Part shown: positions 9,545-18,313 of the stretch, in pieces | Position numbering within the stretch: the first letter of the stretch is position 1 | Layout of the letters: each line of letters begins with the position of its first letter | DNA from: Candidatus Hydrogenedentota bacterium | Lineage (GTDB): Bacteria > Hydrogenedentota > Hydrogenedentia > Hydrogenedentales > SLHB01 | Length of the DNA: 31,032 nucleotides | NCBI GenBank assembly: GCA_045863295.1 | Contig: BTWA01000035.1 | Coordinates: 1-31,032, forward strand | Direction of reading: 5' to 3' | Notes under the pieces: generated by a model | Seen by the model: only the letters and a program-made list of their open reading frames with translations | Databases searched by the model: none | What the model was told of the DNA's origin: nothing | Program-made: the position numbers and the translations under genes

Positions 9545-11794
9545 CTACGCCTCGTCCGGCGTCTTGGACATCGCGGACCGCAACGCCCGCGTCAGTTCCT
9601 TCGCCGTATACGGCTTCTGCACAAATCCCGTAATCCGATCATCGCTAATATGGTGCGAAACGTCGGATTGATCGTATCCCGACGACAACACGACGGGCAA
9701 ATTCGGGTTCAATTCCCGCATGGCACGAAACGTATCCACTCCGTTGAGTCTCGGCATGGTCAAGTCAATGACCGCACACGATATTTCGCCCATGTGCTCT
9801 TTCAGAGTGCTCAACGCCTGCTCGCCGTCTTCCGCGAGAATAACATTGAACCCCATGGAGTAAAGCAGCCGGCTTCCAACATCCCGTACAATGAGTTCAT
9901 CGTCCACAAACAGAATCGTGCCGCTCGCGACGTAGTCCACCGGCCGAGACTCCGCTTCCACCCGGGGAACTTCCGAATCCGCGCATGGAAAAGCAACCGT
10001 GAATCGAGTGCCCTCGCCTTCACGGGAATCGATGCGCACCGCCCCATGATGTCCCCGTACTATCCCTTGCACGGCGGATAGCCCAAGCCCGCGCCCCGTA
10101 AATTTCGTCGTGTAAAACGGCTCGAAAATCCGCCGCTGGGTCTCTTCGCTCATGCCGCAACCGCTGTCTTCCACCGTCAACAGAACATACGTGCCCGACG
10201 GCAAATCAACCCCAAACCGGTTGTGCAATTCCCCGTGAGTGATCGGTGAGCGTTCGGTCCGTATGACAATTTCGCCATCCGATGCACCAATAGCCTCCGC
10301 CGCGTTTCCGGCAAGATTCATGATCACTTGCCGGATCTGGGTCGCATCGCCCTCCATCGACGCCGGCGCTTCCGACAGTTCGAAACGGATCCGGATGCCT
10401 TTGCCTAACGTCATCTTGATCAATTCGATCATGTCGGTTATCACCGCATTCAGATCGAACACTTCGATGACAAACTTTCCCCGTCCGGAATAGGCCAACA
10501 GTTGCTTGCAAAGATCCGCCGCCCGGCGAGCCGCTTTGTGCGCATCTTTCAGCAATCGCATGATCCCGCTGTTCGGCGGAATCTCGTCAAGCGCCAACTC
10601 CAGGTTTCCGAGAATGCCAACCAAAAGATTGTTGAAATCATGGGCCACACCACCCGCCAGGACACCCAGGCTTTCCAGCTTTTGCGCATGCAACATCTGA
10701 AACTGCAACACGCGACGGTCTTCCTCAGCGCGCTTCAAATCGGTCACGTCGAGAATCGTTCCCAACATCCGGACCGGTTGCCCCCGATCATCGCGTTTCA
10801 CTTCGGCTTGCTCTTTGACATACCGCACCTCGCCATCGGGCCGGACTATCCGGTGCTCAATGTTGTAAGGATCACCAGCAAGCGCATTGTCAAGATGGTC
10901 CCCAAGCAACTTGCGCTCATCGACCGGAATCGCATGCCAAAACGCATCGCGAGGCGAAGAAACAGTCTCCGGAACTTGCCCAAAAATCTGAAATACCTCA
11001 TCGGACCAATAGAGCCTGTCCGACACGATATCCCAATCCCAAAACCCCATATGTGCGATGCGTTGCGCTTCCGCAAGCCGGTGCTGGCTTTCGATAAGTT
11101 GCTCTTCCACGCGCTTCCGATCGGTGATATCCAGCGCAATGCCCACCGTGCCCACCACGTTCCCGCTGTCATCACGAAGCGGATCCACGCTGGCCAAAAA
11201 ATGCATCCCGTTCCACTCAGCCTCATACATGCTGGATTCGCCGGACAACGCCACACGGTGCGACGCGATCACATCGGCCGCGTTCGGCGTGCCCTCGACA
11301 ATCTCAAGCACGGTGATCGGAGACCCGGCTACCCGCTCCATGACTTCCGGCACACTGCCGTAGATCTGCCTTATGTTGAGCTCCCCATCCGTCGCCCAAA
11401 GCACAAACCGCGCCTGGCGAAACATGCGCTGCAGATTCGACTCGCTTTCAAGCCGCGCCCGATCCACGATTCGCAGGCGATTCACCATGCGATACAGCAA
11501 CTCGCACGAGGCGCCCATGCAAAGACTCAATGTGATTATTGTTGTGGCCGCCTCCGGGAAATTCGGGGATACGCGGTACACCACGCACAGACTCGTCATC
11601 GTGAGTCCTGCCAGCATCACCAGGTACATCGGACGCGAACCGGCGGTGGCCGCCCAAAGTACCGGCACGAGCAAAAAGATCTGCGCTTGATCGGGAAGAT
11701 TGAAGGTGGCCAGGAAAATGCCCGAAACGAAGGTCACCCCAAGATAGACGACCGTAATGACGATGGATCGCCGATAGTCGATCGCCTGTTGCAT
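9545..11794 (-). CDS. Membrane-anchored PAS-PAS hybrid histidine kinase/response regulator (CckA-like architecture)
   Basis: N-terminal TM segments; two PAS/PAC domains; QKLESLGVLAGGVAHDFNNLL (H-box), NLAGNA, DSGCGM, FTGRGLGL; C-terminal REC (FVDDE, IDLTMP, QKPY). ATG 11794 follows GGGGAGG; alternative TTG at 11821. Confidence 0.93.
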   Translation of the reverse strand: MQQAIDYRRSIVITVVYLGVTFVSGIFLATFNLPDQAQIFLLVPVLWAATAGSRPMYLVMLAGLTMTSLCVVYRVSPNFPEAATTIITLSLCMGASCELLYRMVNRLRIVDRARLESESNLQRMFRQARFVLWATDGELNIRQIYGSVPEVMERVAGSPITVLEIVEGTPNAADVIASHRVALSGESSMYEAEWNGMHFLASVDPLRDDSGNVVGTVGIALDITDRKRVEEQLIESQHRLAEAQRIAHMGFWDWDIVSDRLYWSDEVFQIFGQVPETVSSPRDAFWHAIPVDERKLLGDHLDNALAGDPYNIEHRIVRPDGEVRYVKEQAEVKRDDRGQPVRMLGTILDVTDLKRAEEDRRVLQFQMLHAQKLESLGVLAGGVAHDFNNLLVGILGNLELALDEIPPNSGIMRLLKDAHKAARRAADLCKQLLAYSGRGKFVIEVFDLNAVITDMIELIKMTLGKGIRIRFELSEAPASMEGDATQIRQVIMNLAGNAAEAIGASDGEIVIRTERSPITHGELHNRFGVDLPSGTYVLLTVEDSGCGMSEETQRRIFEPFYTTKFTGRGLGLSAVQGIVRGHHGAVRIDSREGEGTRFTVAFPCADSEVPRVEAESRPVDYVASGTILFVDDELIVRDVGSRLLYSMGFNVILAEDGEQALSTLKEHMGEISCAVIDLTMPRLNGVDTFRAMRELNPNLPVVLSSGYDQSDVSHHISDDRITGFVQKPYTAKELTRALRSAMSKTPDEA

Positions 11795-11971
11795 GCTGAG
11801 CCAAGGCCTCCCCTGTGACAAGCATTGAATGGTTGCTTGCGCCTATGGAGCGGGATTCACGCCGGGCCAGGGCGACGCAAAAAAACTATACCGGCGCAAC
11901 AGGCCAGACCTCGAAGATCATAACACGTTTCCGCCAGTACCGGTATACCCGCATTTCGCGCGGGTTCCAAT

Positions 11972-12005
11972 AAAAAAACGGCAGCCTTCGAACCGAAGGC
12001 TGCCG
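11972..12005 (-). terminator. Intrinsic terminator downstream of the radical SAM gene
   Basis: 12-bp stem CGGCAGCCTTCG / CGAAGGCTGCCG followed by T7 on the minus strand. Confidence 0.85.
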
Positions 12006-12036
12006 CTGTGAATTCGACCAATCAATCCCGGCGGGT

Positions 12037-13362
12037 TTACAACGCCCAGGCCTTGTCCTCTTCTTCCACAACCTTGTCCTGCCGCTGAATGTAAAACGTC
12101 GGATCGTCAATCTTGGACACGTTCGTGATGGGCGTCGCCTCTTCCGTGCCAAACAAATCCGCATAGTCGCCATGGAACCCGTCGCAAATCGTGCGCGCCG
12201 CACACTCGCTGCACGCCGAGTGAAACCGGTAACCGCAGTCAAAATTCGCCCGGTTCTGCGCCTCTTCCCGGTACAACGTTTCCCGGCCCCGAACCGCCTG
12301 CTCGATGCGGGCAAACACATGCTGGCCGCCAAACACAAAGCGCGCCATCGTCGGATTCTCCGCCGCCCAATCCCGCACCTTGTGCGCATTGTGCATGATC
12401 TGGCGATCACGCACTCCCAGGCGAAACGCCGGCACCAACCCGCCGTCCTTCATCCGTTGCGGCTGCAAACCGGTCCACATCCAACTCTGATAATCCCACT
12501 CATGATGGTCATAAGGCAGTTGTTGGAAATTGTAAAAATTCTTCCGGTGCCGCTCTTCCGCCATGCACAACGGCAAATACCGCACATTGCATTCAATGTT
12601 CGCCTCTTCCAGCATGTCCATCGCTTCCGTCAAGAACGGCTTGATATCCGAATACTTCGCAACGTTGTCATGCGTGCGGATACCCGTCTCCTGATCCTCA
12701 AACGGATTGAACGCAAGATAATTCACCGCATTCGCCCCGTAATGAATCGCCTTCTTCGCAATCTCCGGAATGATCGGCACCACCGGCTTCGACATCGTGC
12801 AATTAAACCGGAACGGAATCTCCAGTTCGACCATGTTCTCGATCGCCTGAATGATCTTCTCGTACGAGCCCTTGCGGCACACCACCTCGTCGTGAATCTC
12901 GCCGATGCCGTGCAAACTCACCAGGAAATCCCGGATGCCTGCATCCTTGAATTCCTTCAACTTGTCGATCTTCGCCAACACAAGCCCGTTCGTGATCAAC
13001 GTCGGGTGAAGTCCAATGTTGCGGCAATGCGTGATGAGATCCAAAATACCCGGATAAATCGTCGGCTCCCCGCCTTGAATGTCGATCGAAGTGCACCCGT
13101 AGAAGTTGCGCAATATCGTGCACATCTCCTTCGACTTCTCAATCGACATGAAAGGATGCTCCACATGGTGCGCATCCTCGATCCGGTTCAAGAAATAACA
13201 AAAATAACAGCGCAGGTTGCACGTCTGACCCAACCACATCACCGCACGCTTCGTGATCGTGCGCTTCTGGGTCTTGTCAAACCGCTTGCCGTTCTTCGTT
13301 CCGTTGGACCGCGGGTACTCCGACCCATCCCGGTGCTCAACGTGGGCGATTTCCGTGGACAT
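12037..13362 (-). CDS. Radical SAM enzyme with C-terminal SPASM/twitch-like Cys cluster
   Basis: CNLRCYFC motif, GGEPT, ITNG, VSLHG...HD; YLPLC and CGYRFHSACSECAARTICDG; ATG at 13362 with SD GGGGAG. Confidence 0.92.
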   Translation of the reverse strand: MSTEIAHVEHRDGSEYPRSNGTKNGKRFDKTQKRTITKRAVMWLGQTCNLRCYFCYFLNRIEDAHHVEHPFMSIEKSKEMCTILRNFYGCTSIDIQGGEPTIYPGILDLITHCRNIGLHPTLITNGLVLAKIDKLKEFKDAGIRDFLVSLHGIGEIHDEVVCRKGSYEKIIQAIENMVELEIPFRFNCTMSKPVVPIIPEIAKKAIHYGANAVNYLAFNPFEDQETGIRTHDNVAKYSDIKPFLTEAMDMLEEANIECNVRYLPLCMAEERHRKNFYNFQQLPYDHHEWDYQSWMWTGLQPQRMKDGGLVPAFRLGVRDRQIMHNAHKVRDWAAENPTMARFVFGGQHVFARIEQAVRGRETLYREEAQNRANFDCGYRFHSACSECAARTICDGFHGDYADLFGTEEATPITNVSKIDDPTFYIQRQDKVVEEEDKAWAL

Positions 13363-13475
13363 GAATGCCTCTCCCCTGACTGCCCCGTATATTGGGTAAT
13401 GATACGCGTAATGATACCACTGAACACGACGCCATGTGACAGCGGACCGGATGATACACAATGCAACCGGACACC

Positions 13476-13504
13476 AGAATGCCTGTAAAGACCCCGAAAG
13501 TCAA
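13476..13504 (-). promoter_or_regulatory. Putative sigma70 promoter of the radical SAM gene
   Basis: TTGACT-N17-CATTCT on the minus strand. Confidence 0.4.
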
Positions 13505-13672
13505 GAAATACAGACCTTCTAACCCGTTCATTCCCGGCCACTTACTCCGCCAACCCCGACACCCGAAATAACAATACCGCCCCAACCCCGAATTCCCGGC
13601 CCACAACAAACCCGCCAAGTCCACGCCACCTCAGCCCCCTCCAGCCCAGACCCAAAGACCAAAAGCACCCGC

Positions 13673-13761
13673 CCATTCCAAATTCTTAATTCCCCATTCC
13701 CCGTTCTCCCATCACCGTCCCGCATTGTCTTTTTTGTCCTTTTCGTCCCTTCTGTCCTTCA
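13673..13761. repeat. Degenerate short tandem repeats: 7-bp period array followed by 9-bp period array
   Basis: TTC recurs at 13676, 13683, 13690, 13697, 13704 (units ccattcc/aaattct/taattcc/ccattcc/ccgttct); GTC recurs at 13727, 13736, 13745, 13754 (tgtcttttt/tgtcctttt/cgtcccttc/tgtccttca). Confidence 0.75.
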
Positions 13762-14034
13762 CACCCACAATCATTTCCCCAGACCAAGCTCCGCTTCCCT
13801 CACCCCACGGTTCGTCACGGTCTCCCCGCGCTGCGCAGATCGCTTCCGCTCATCAACACAAGTACGAATACCGCGCAAATCAATTATATACCCTTGTTTC
13901 AATCCGCTAAGGAAATGCAACGAAATCCCCATAAAATATGGAAGGCGATCAGGACACGTGCCCCGCGTAGGTCCCTTGCGTCTCTGCCAGCGGTTTCGAG
14001 GCGATCCGGTAGCTCGGCAGCGTGCGCCAACCAC

Positions 14035-16119
14035 TCAAGGCGTGACGCGAATCTCGCCGGCAAAGTAGAGGTGTTGGCCGGGTGCGAAGCGGATGGTTCC
14101 ACGATCCGGAGGACGCAACGCCTGAAGCACGCGGCCGCGTTGCGCCGATCCGGTGTTCAGCACGGTCATGCGGATCGGAATGGCCCGATCCAGGCTGACC
14201 AATGCCACGGAGGGCAGTCCCGGGCCGGCGGCAAGGCACGTTTGGCCCGGCCGGTAGTCGCGGTTGTGGTGACGCCATTCCTCGTCGCCGGGACCAAAGT
14301 CGGGAAAAGTCCCGGATTCCCAATCGGTTGACCAGGTCTGGTAATCCGGAACGAGCACGAGCGAGGCATGGTATTCCTGGACATCGAACGGCTCGCGCAC
14401 GTCAAGCAGGATTCGCCATGCGATGCCGTCCTTGGCCGGCGCCAGTTCCCAGATCTGGCTGAAACCGAACCGCCGCGACTTGCCGGTAATACGCATCCGG
14501 TTCCCCTCCCAGAGGGGCGTTTCCCAGAGCAGGTTCTGACTGTTGGCCCACAGGCCGTTGATCAACATCGAGGTATAGCCATGCGGAAACCGGGACAATT
14601 CGCGGCCACGGGCGAGGAGATGAATCTCCCCCCCGCGAAACGCGGCCTTGGCCTCCCCTTGGACCACGGCCGAGGGGATTCCCCCCGTGCCCTGCGCGTA
14701 TTCGTTTGCGATGGCTTCGGCTTCGGTGTTGGAACGTTCCAGATCGACGGTCAACGTCATCAGCGGATGCACGCCGGGCGTGTTCAAGGAATGCCCCGCC
14801 GGGATCGGACCGCCCGCCTGAAGGACTCGGCACCCGGTGACGAAGTCCGTGTTCGCCCATTGCAACCGCAGATACGGCGAATCGGTCTGCATGGTGAGAA
14901 CGGCCGTGCGCAAATCGGGATCCTCGCTGAATGCGGCCACGTCGCGTACGATGGGGTCGGGACTTGTCACGGGAAGATACGCCCGATCCTGGGGCTGCAA
15001 CTCGGGAAACTCGCCCTGCTGCCCGCCGTACATCCAGCGGGTGTAGGCGAGCGGAAAAAACAAGTTCACTTCAACTGCCTCCAGCGATACCGGCGCCGTC
15101 ACTTCCAGCGCAAGCGACCAAACCAGCTTTCCACCGGCATACGAGGCCTTCCACCGGTGGACAAGTGGCAGCCGCGGCATGGTCCCCTGAGCCGCGCACC
15201 CGGAGTCCGTGCGCTCGCCGATCTCCCACTGCGCGGCCGTGGACGGATGCCAGTGGCCCATGCTCTGCACGTGTACCTGAAACCCGGCGGGTGCGCTCAC
15301 TTCGCGTTGGTGATGAAACAGGGACACGCGCCCGTGACTGAGAATGGCTTCCGCGTCTCCGTCCGCAATCCGGTGAATGCCCCGATCGCGGCCGACCTGC
15401 CGAAGGTAAAAATCAATGGTGTCCTGCGGCGTCCTGCGGGATACCAACGTGCCTTTCTGAAGGAGAATGACGCGATTGCACAACGCCTGCACTATCCCCA
15501 GATCGTGCGAGACAAACACGATGGTCTTGCCCTGTTGCTGCAATTCCGTGATGCGCGCCCGGCACCGCTGCTGAAATTCTTCGTCTCCCACCGCCAGCAC
15601 TTCGTCCACAAGAAATATGTCGGGGTTGGTATGCACCGCTACGGCAAAGCCCAACCGGACATACATGCCACTGGAATAGGTCTCGACCGGTTGATCGATG
15701 AATTCCTCAATGCCGGAAAACTCAATGATGAGCGGCATCACGGCATCGATCTGCGGCCGGCGCATGCCCAACAATTGCGCGTTGAGATAGACATTCTCGC
15801 GGCCCGTCAGCAACGGGTGAAATCCCGCGCCGAGTTCGAGCAGCGATGCCACCTTGCCGTACACGCGCACCGCGCCCCCGGAGGGCACGGTCACGCCCGC
15901 GATGATTTTGAGCAACGTGCTTTTGCCGGAACCATTCGCCCCGATGATGCCGACCGACTCGCCCGGCTCAATGGAAAAAGACACGTCCTTCAACGCCGCG
16001 AAACGGCCGTGCCGTTTGCCGCGAACCCAATCGCTCAAACCGCCTTTTCCCAGCATAACCCGGCGGCCGCGCAACGTGCTGAATTCCTTGGTGACCCGAT
16101 CAAGTTCGATGATGGCCAT
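14035..16119 (-). CDS. wzt: Polysaccharide/glycan ABC exporter ATP-binding subunit (Wzt/TagH/KpsT family) with two tandem C-terminal beta-rich domains
   Basis: GANGSGKST, LLELGAGFHP.LTGREN, TYSSGM..RL.FA, LVDEVLAVGD, VSHDL; about 450 extra residues forming an internal duplication. Confidence 0.92.
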   Translation of the reverse strand: MAIIELDRVTKEFSTLRGRRVMLGKGGLSDWVRGKRHGRFAALKDVSFSIEPGESVGIIGANGSGKSTLLKIIAGVTVPSGGAVRVYGKVASLLELGAGFHPLLTGRENVYLNAQLLGMRRPQIDAVMPLIIEFSGIEEFIDQPVETYSSGMYVRLGFAVAVHTNPDIFLVDEVLAVGDEEFQQRCRARITELQQQGKTIVFVSHDLGIVQALCNRVILLQKGTLVSRRTPQDTIDFYLRQVGRDRGIHRIADGDAEAILSHGRVSLFHHQREVSAPAGFQVHVQSMGHWHPSTAAQWEIGERTDSGCAAQGTMPRLPLVHRWKASYAGGKLVWSLALEVTAPVSLEAVEVNLFFPLAYTRWMYGGQQGEFPELQPQDRAYLPVTSPDPIVRDVAAFSEDPDLRTAVLTMQTDSPYLRLQWANTDFVTGCRVLQAGGPIPAGHSLNTPGVHPLMTLTVDLERSNTEAEAIANEYAQGTGGIPSAVVQGEAKAAFRGGEIHLLARGRELSRFPHGYTSMLINGLWANSQNLLWETPLWEGNRMRITGKSRRFGFSQIWELAPAKDGIAWRILLDVREPFDVQEYHASLVLVPDYQTWSTDWESGTFPDFGPGDEEWRHHNRDYRPGQTCLAAGPGLPSVALVSLDRAIPIRMTVLNTGSAQRGRVLQALRPPDRGTIRFAPGQHLYFAGEIRVTP

Positions 16120-16970
16120 CAGACAAAATCCGAAAAGACAGGGGCGGTTCTACGGAAAACGGCGACGCCGGCTAGAATCACGAAGCCCGACACCAGCATC
16201 GGCCAGATCAACTGCGACAGGACGGGCGGCTGATGGTAAATCAATGCATCGCGGTACGCACCGATGAGTCCAACCATCGGATTGGCCTGATAGGCCACGG
16301 CAAAAAGCGGATGCGTTCCCTCGCGCAATACCACTTCGGGCGAGTAGAAAACAGGCGACGCGTAAAACCCAAGCATAAGCCCCACGTCCAGCATGTAGGC
16401 AATATCCCGGTAAATTACGTTCAACGCGGAAAGCAGAAAAGCGCACCCCACCACGAACGCGCCATGAATGGCAAAAATGAAGGGCACCCACAGAAAAGTC
16501 CAAGACAACGATTGCCCCATGGCAAAATAGATGACGAAAAACACCGCCAAGCCAATCACGCCATTGACGAACGCCTGACCAATGGCGGCCAACGGAATCG
16601 TCTCCCTGGGAAAGAAGACCTTCTTCACCAGTTCCTGGTTTTCGATGAAGCACTGCGCCGCCCGCGTCAGGCTGGTGGTCGTGAATTGCCACGGCACCAA
16701 CGCGGCAAGCAGGAAAAGGGCGAAGGGAACGGCCAACCCTTCGGCCCCCGGCCGGAGGCTCCCTTCAAACGATCGAAACACAAACGTCAATATCAGCATC
16801 ATGAGCAAGGGCTGCAAAACCGCCCACAGAATCCCCATGATCGTATGCCGGTACCGGGCGCGCAGGTCTTTCAAGATCAATTCCAGGAGCAAATATCGCC
16901 CCCGAATAAGGCTGCGAATCACCCCCGATACTTCGCGCTGATTCAGATTGGTGTAAACGACCCGGTCCAT
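16119..16970 (-). CDS. wzm: Polysaccharide ABC exporter permease (Wzm, ABC-2 type)
   Basis: DLRARYR..MGILWAVLQPL, LVKKVFFPRETIP, LNVIYRDI, FYASPVFYS, ANPM; stop overlaps the wzt start (TGATG). Confidence 0.95.
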   Translation of the reverse strand: MDRVVYTNLNQREVSGVIRSLIRGRYLLLELILKDLRARYRHTIMGILWAVLQPLLMMLILTFVFRSFEGSLRPGAEGLAVPFALFLLAALVPWQFTTTSLTRAAQCFIENQELVKKVFFPRETIPLAAIGQAFVNGVIGLAVFFVIYFAMGQSLSWTFLWVPFIFAIHGAFVVGCAFLLSALNVIYRDIAYMLDVGLMLGFYASPVFYSPEVVLREGTHPLFAVAYQANPMVGLIGAYRDALIYHQPPVLSQLIWPMLVSGFVILAGVAVFRRTAPVFSDFV

Positions 16971-16978
16971 GGGGCGGC

Positions 16979-17007
16979 ATGGTATCACCGGGGGGAGGGG
17001 TTATCAA
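16979..17007 (-). promoter_or_regulatory. Putative sigma70 promoter of wzm-wzt (probably leaderless transcript)
   Basis: TTGATA-N17-TACCAT with TG extended -10; the -10 ends 8 nt before ATG 16970 and no SD is present. Confidence 0.55.
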
Positions 17008-17281
17008 TGATTTGAGCGTCACCGTTCCACGCGATGGCATGATTTCGTGGACCTATGGACCTGAACTTCCCTATGCGTGACGTGCCCAAAATTTTTACAC
17101 GGTTTGTACAGATAGCAGACAGGCTCCTTCAAGCATCGGTTACGCTTAACGACCGTAAAAAGGGCGCTAAGTCGGGAGTGCCTGACTGTTTAGAGGGATA
17201 GCCGCCAAAGGGCCTCAACTATGGTACGCGCCTTGCTCTCTTTCAGCTTGGCTGACCCGACAAACAAGGAGAACCCGATTC

Positions 17282-17635
17282 ATGAGCTTGCCGGATTTCA
17301 ACTACGCCACCGTGGAGTTTATCAATACATGGAAATACGACGAGGACTATCCCGGGTCGGAGGGGTCCATGGCCATCGTGAGGTTACACTCCAATACAAC
17401 GAAAGACGTGCTCGTCGCGCTCTTCGCCGCCAGTGAACGTCATCAGAGTGCGTTCGAAAACCTGTTCGCCACCAAGGCAAAGTTCCAATTTACTGTGAGC
17501 CCGCAGGAAAGAAGCCTGGATCAAATGGCCGACTATGTACGAAAACGGTTCGTGCGCGACGAACCGGATACCTGCGGCGCAAAACTTATTGACGGTTTTA
17601 TCGCACGGGCAATTTATTATCCGGTCTGTCCCTGA
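17282..17635 (+). CDS. Hypothetical protein, 117 aa
   Basis: Strong SD AAGGAG ~10 nt upstream; fills the gap between wzm and the convergent peroxiredoxin-like gene; protein-like composition; no family recognised. Confidence 0.75.
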   Translation: MSLPDFNYATVEFINTWKYDEDYPGSEGSMAIVRLHSNTTKDVLVALFAASERHQSAFENLFATKAKFQFTVSPQERSLDQMADYVRKRFVRDEPDTCGAKLIDGFIARAIYYPVCP

Positions 17636-17680
17636 CGGTACGCGCTTTCCGCAGCACGTTGGGTGGTCCGATTCAAAAGG

Positions 17681-18313
17681 CTACTTCAGGCTGTCTTTTG
17701 CCGCGGCCAGGACTTCCTCCGGGGCAAGGCGCATTTTGTAGTCGGCTTCCGAGTGCTGGAACTTGATGACGCCTTCTTTGTCGACGACTAAGACTGTCGG
17801 CACAGGAACCTGCCATTCGGTATCACTCAAATCGAGCTTGTAGCCTTTGTATTTTTCAATGGTTTCCGGATCCATCTGGAAGACCACCCCGAACTGTTTG
17901 GAAGCGGCCAAGCCTTCGTCGGAAAGCAGGGTGTAGTTGACCTTGTGTTTTTCCGCAATGGCCTTGTCTTCTTCCGTGGTATCCGGGCTGATGGCGAGAA
18001 TCTGAACGCCGAGATCTACCAGATCGGGTTCGATCTTGTTAAGCGCCGCAAGGTGTTTGGTGCAGAAGGGGCACCAGCCGCCGCGAAAGAACACGATGAC
18101 CGCGGGCTTTTCCTTCACCATGTCGCGCAATTTGGCCGTCGCGCCGTCTACCGTCTTAACGGCCACATCGGGAATCGTGGCTCCGACGCCCAAAGGCTTT
18201 GCTTCCTCGGCGGTCGCGGCAACTTTGCCGGCCGTTGTTTCATCGGCCGCAACGGCTTGGAATGCGGCGAGCGCCAACAACGCCGCCAAGGTCAGTTGGG
18301 CGATACGCACCAT
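17681..18313 (-). CDS. Exported peroxiredoxin-like AhpC/TSA-family redoxin
   Basis: Signal peptide; VFFRGGWCPFC, ILAISPD, YTLLSD, VPVPTVLVVD..GVIKF...DYKMR; ATG 18313 with SD AGGAG. Confidence 0.92.
   Translation of the reverse strand: MVRIAQLTLAALLALAAFQAVAADETTAGKVAATAEEAKPLGVGATIPDVAVKTVDGATAKLRDMVKEKPAVIVFFRGGWCPFCTKHLAALNKIEPDLVDLGVQILAISPDTTEEDKAIAEKHKVNYTLLSDEGLAASKQFGVVFQMDPETIEKYKGYKLDLSDTEWQVPVPTVLVVDKEGVIKFQHSEADYKMRLAPEEVLAAAKDSLK

Noticed and set aside
10502..13488. Two 438-aa plus-strand ORFs (10502-11818, 12172-13488)
   Set aside because: Mirror frames of the kinase and radical SAM genes, kept open by codon bias; no SD or domain motifs.
13910..13945. Possible dif site
   Set aside because: Only a weak XerD-arm resemblance (TTTCGTTGCAT on the minus strand), no XerC arm, and the skew polarity is not terminus-like.
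13337..14034. Short minus-strand ORFs as possible RiPP precursor for the radical SAM enzyme
   Set aside because: They translate low-complexity G-rich DNA, lack convincing SD/start signals and show no leader/core organisation.
14368..16233. 621-aa plus-strand ORF
   Set aside because: Antisense shadow of wzt, a common artefact opposite ABC ATPases.
17023..17038. parS-like sequence CGTTCCACG
   Set aside because: Only the left half matches; the palindromic right half is absent.
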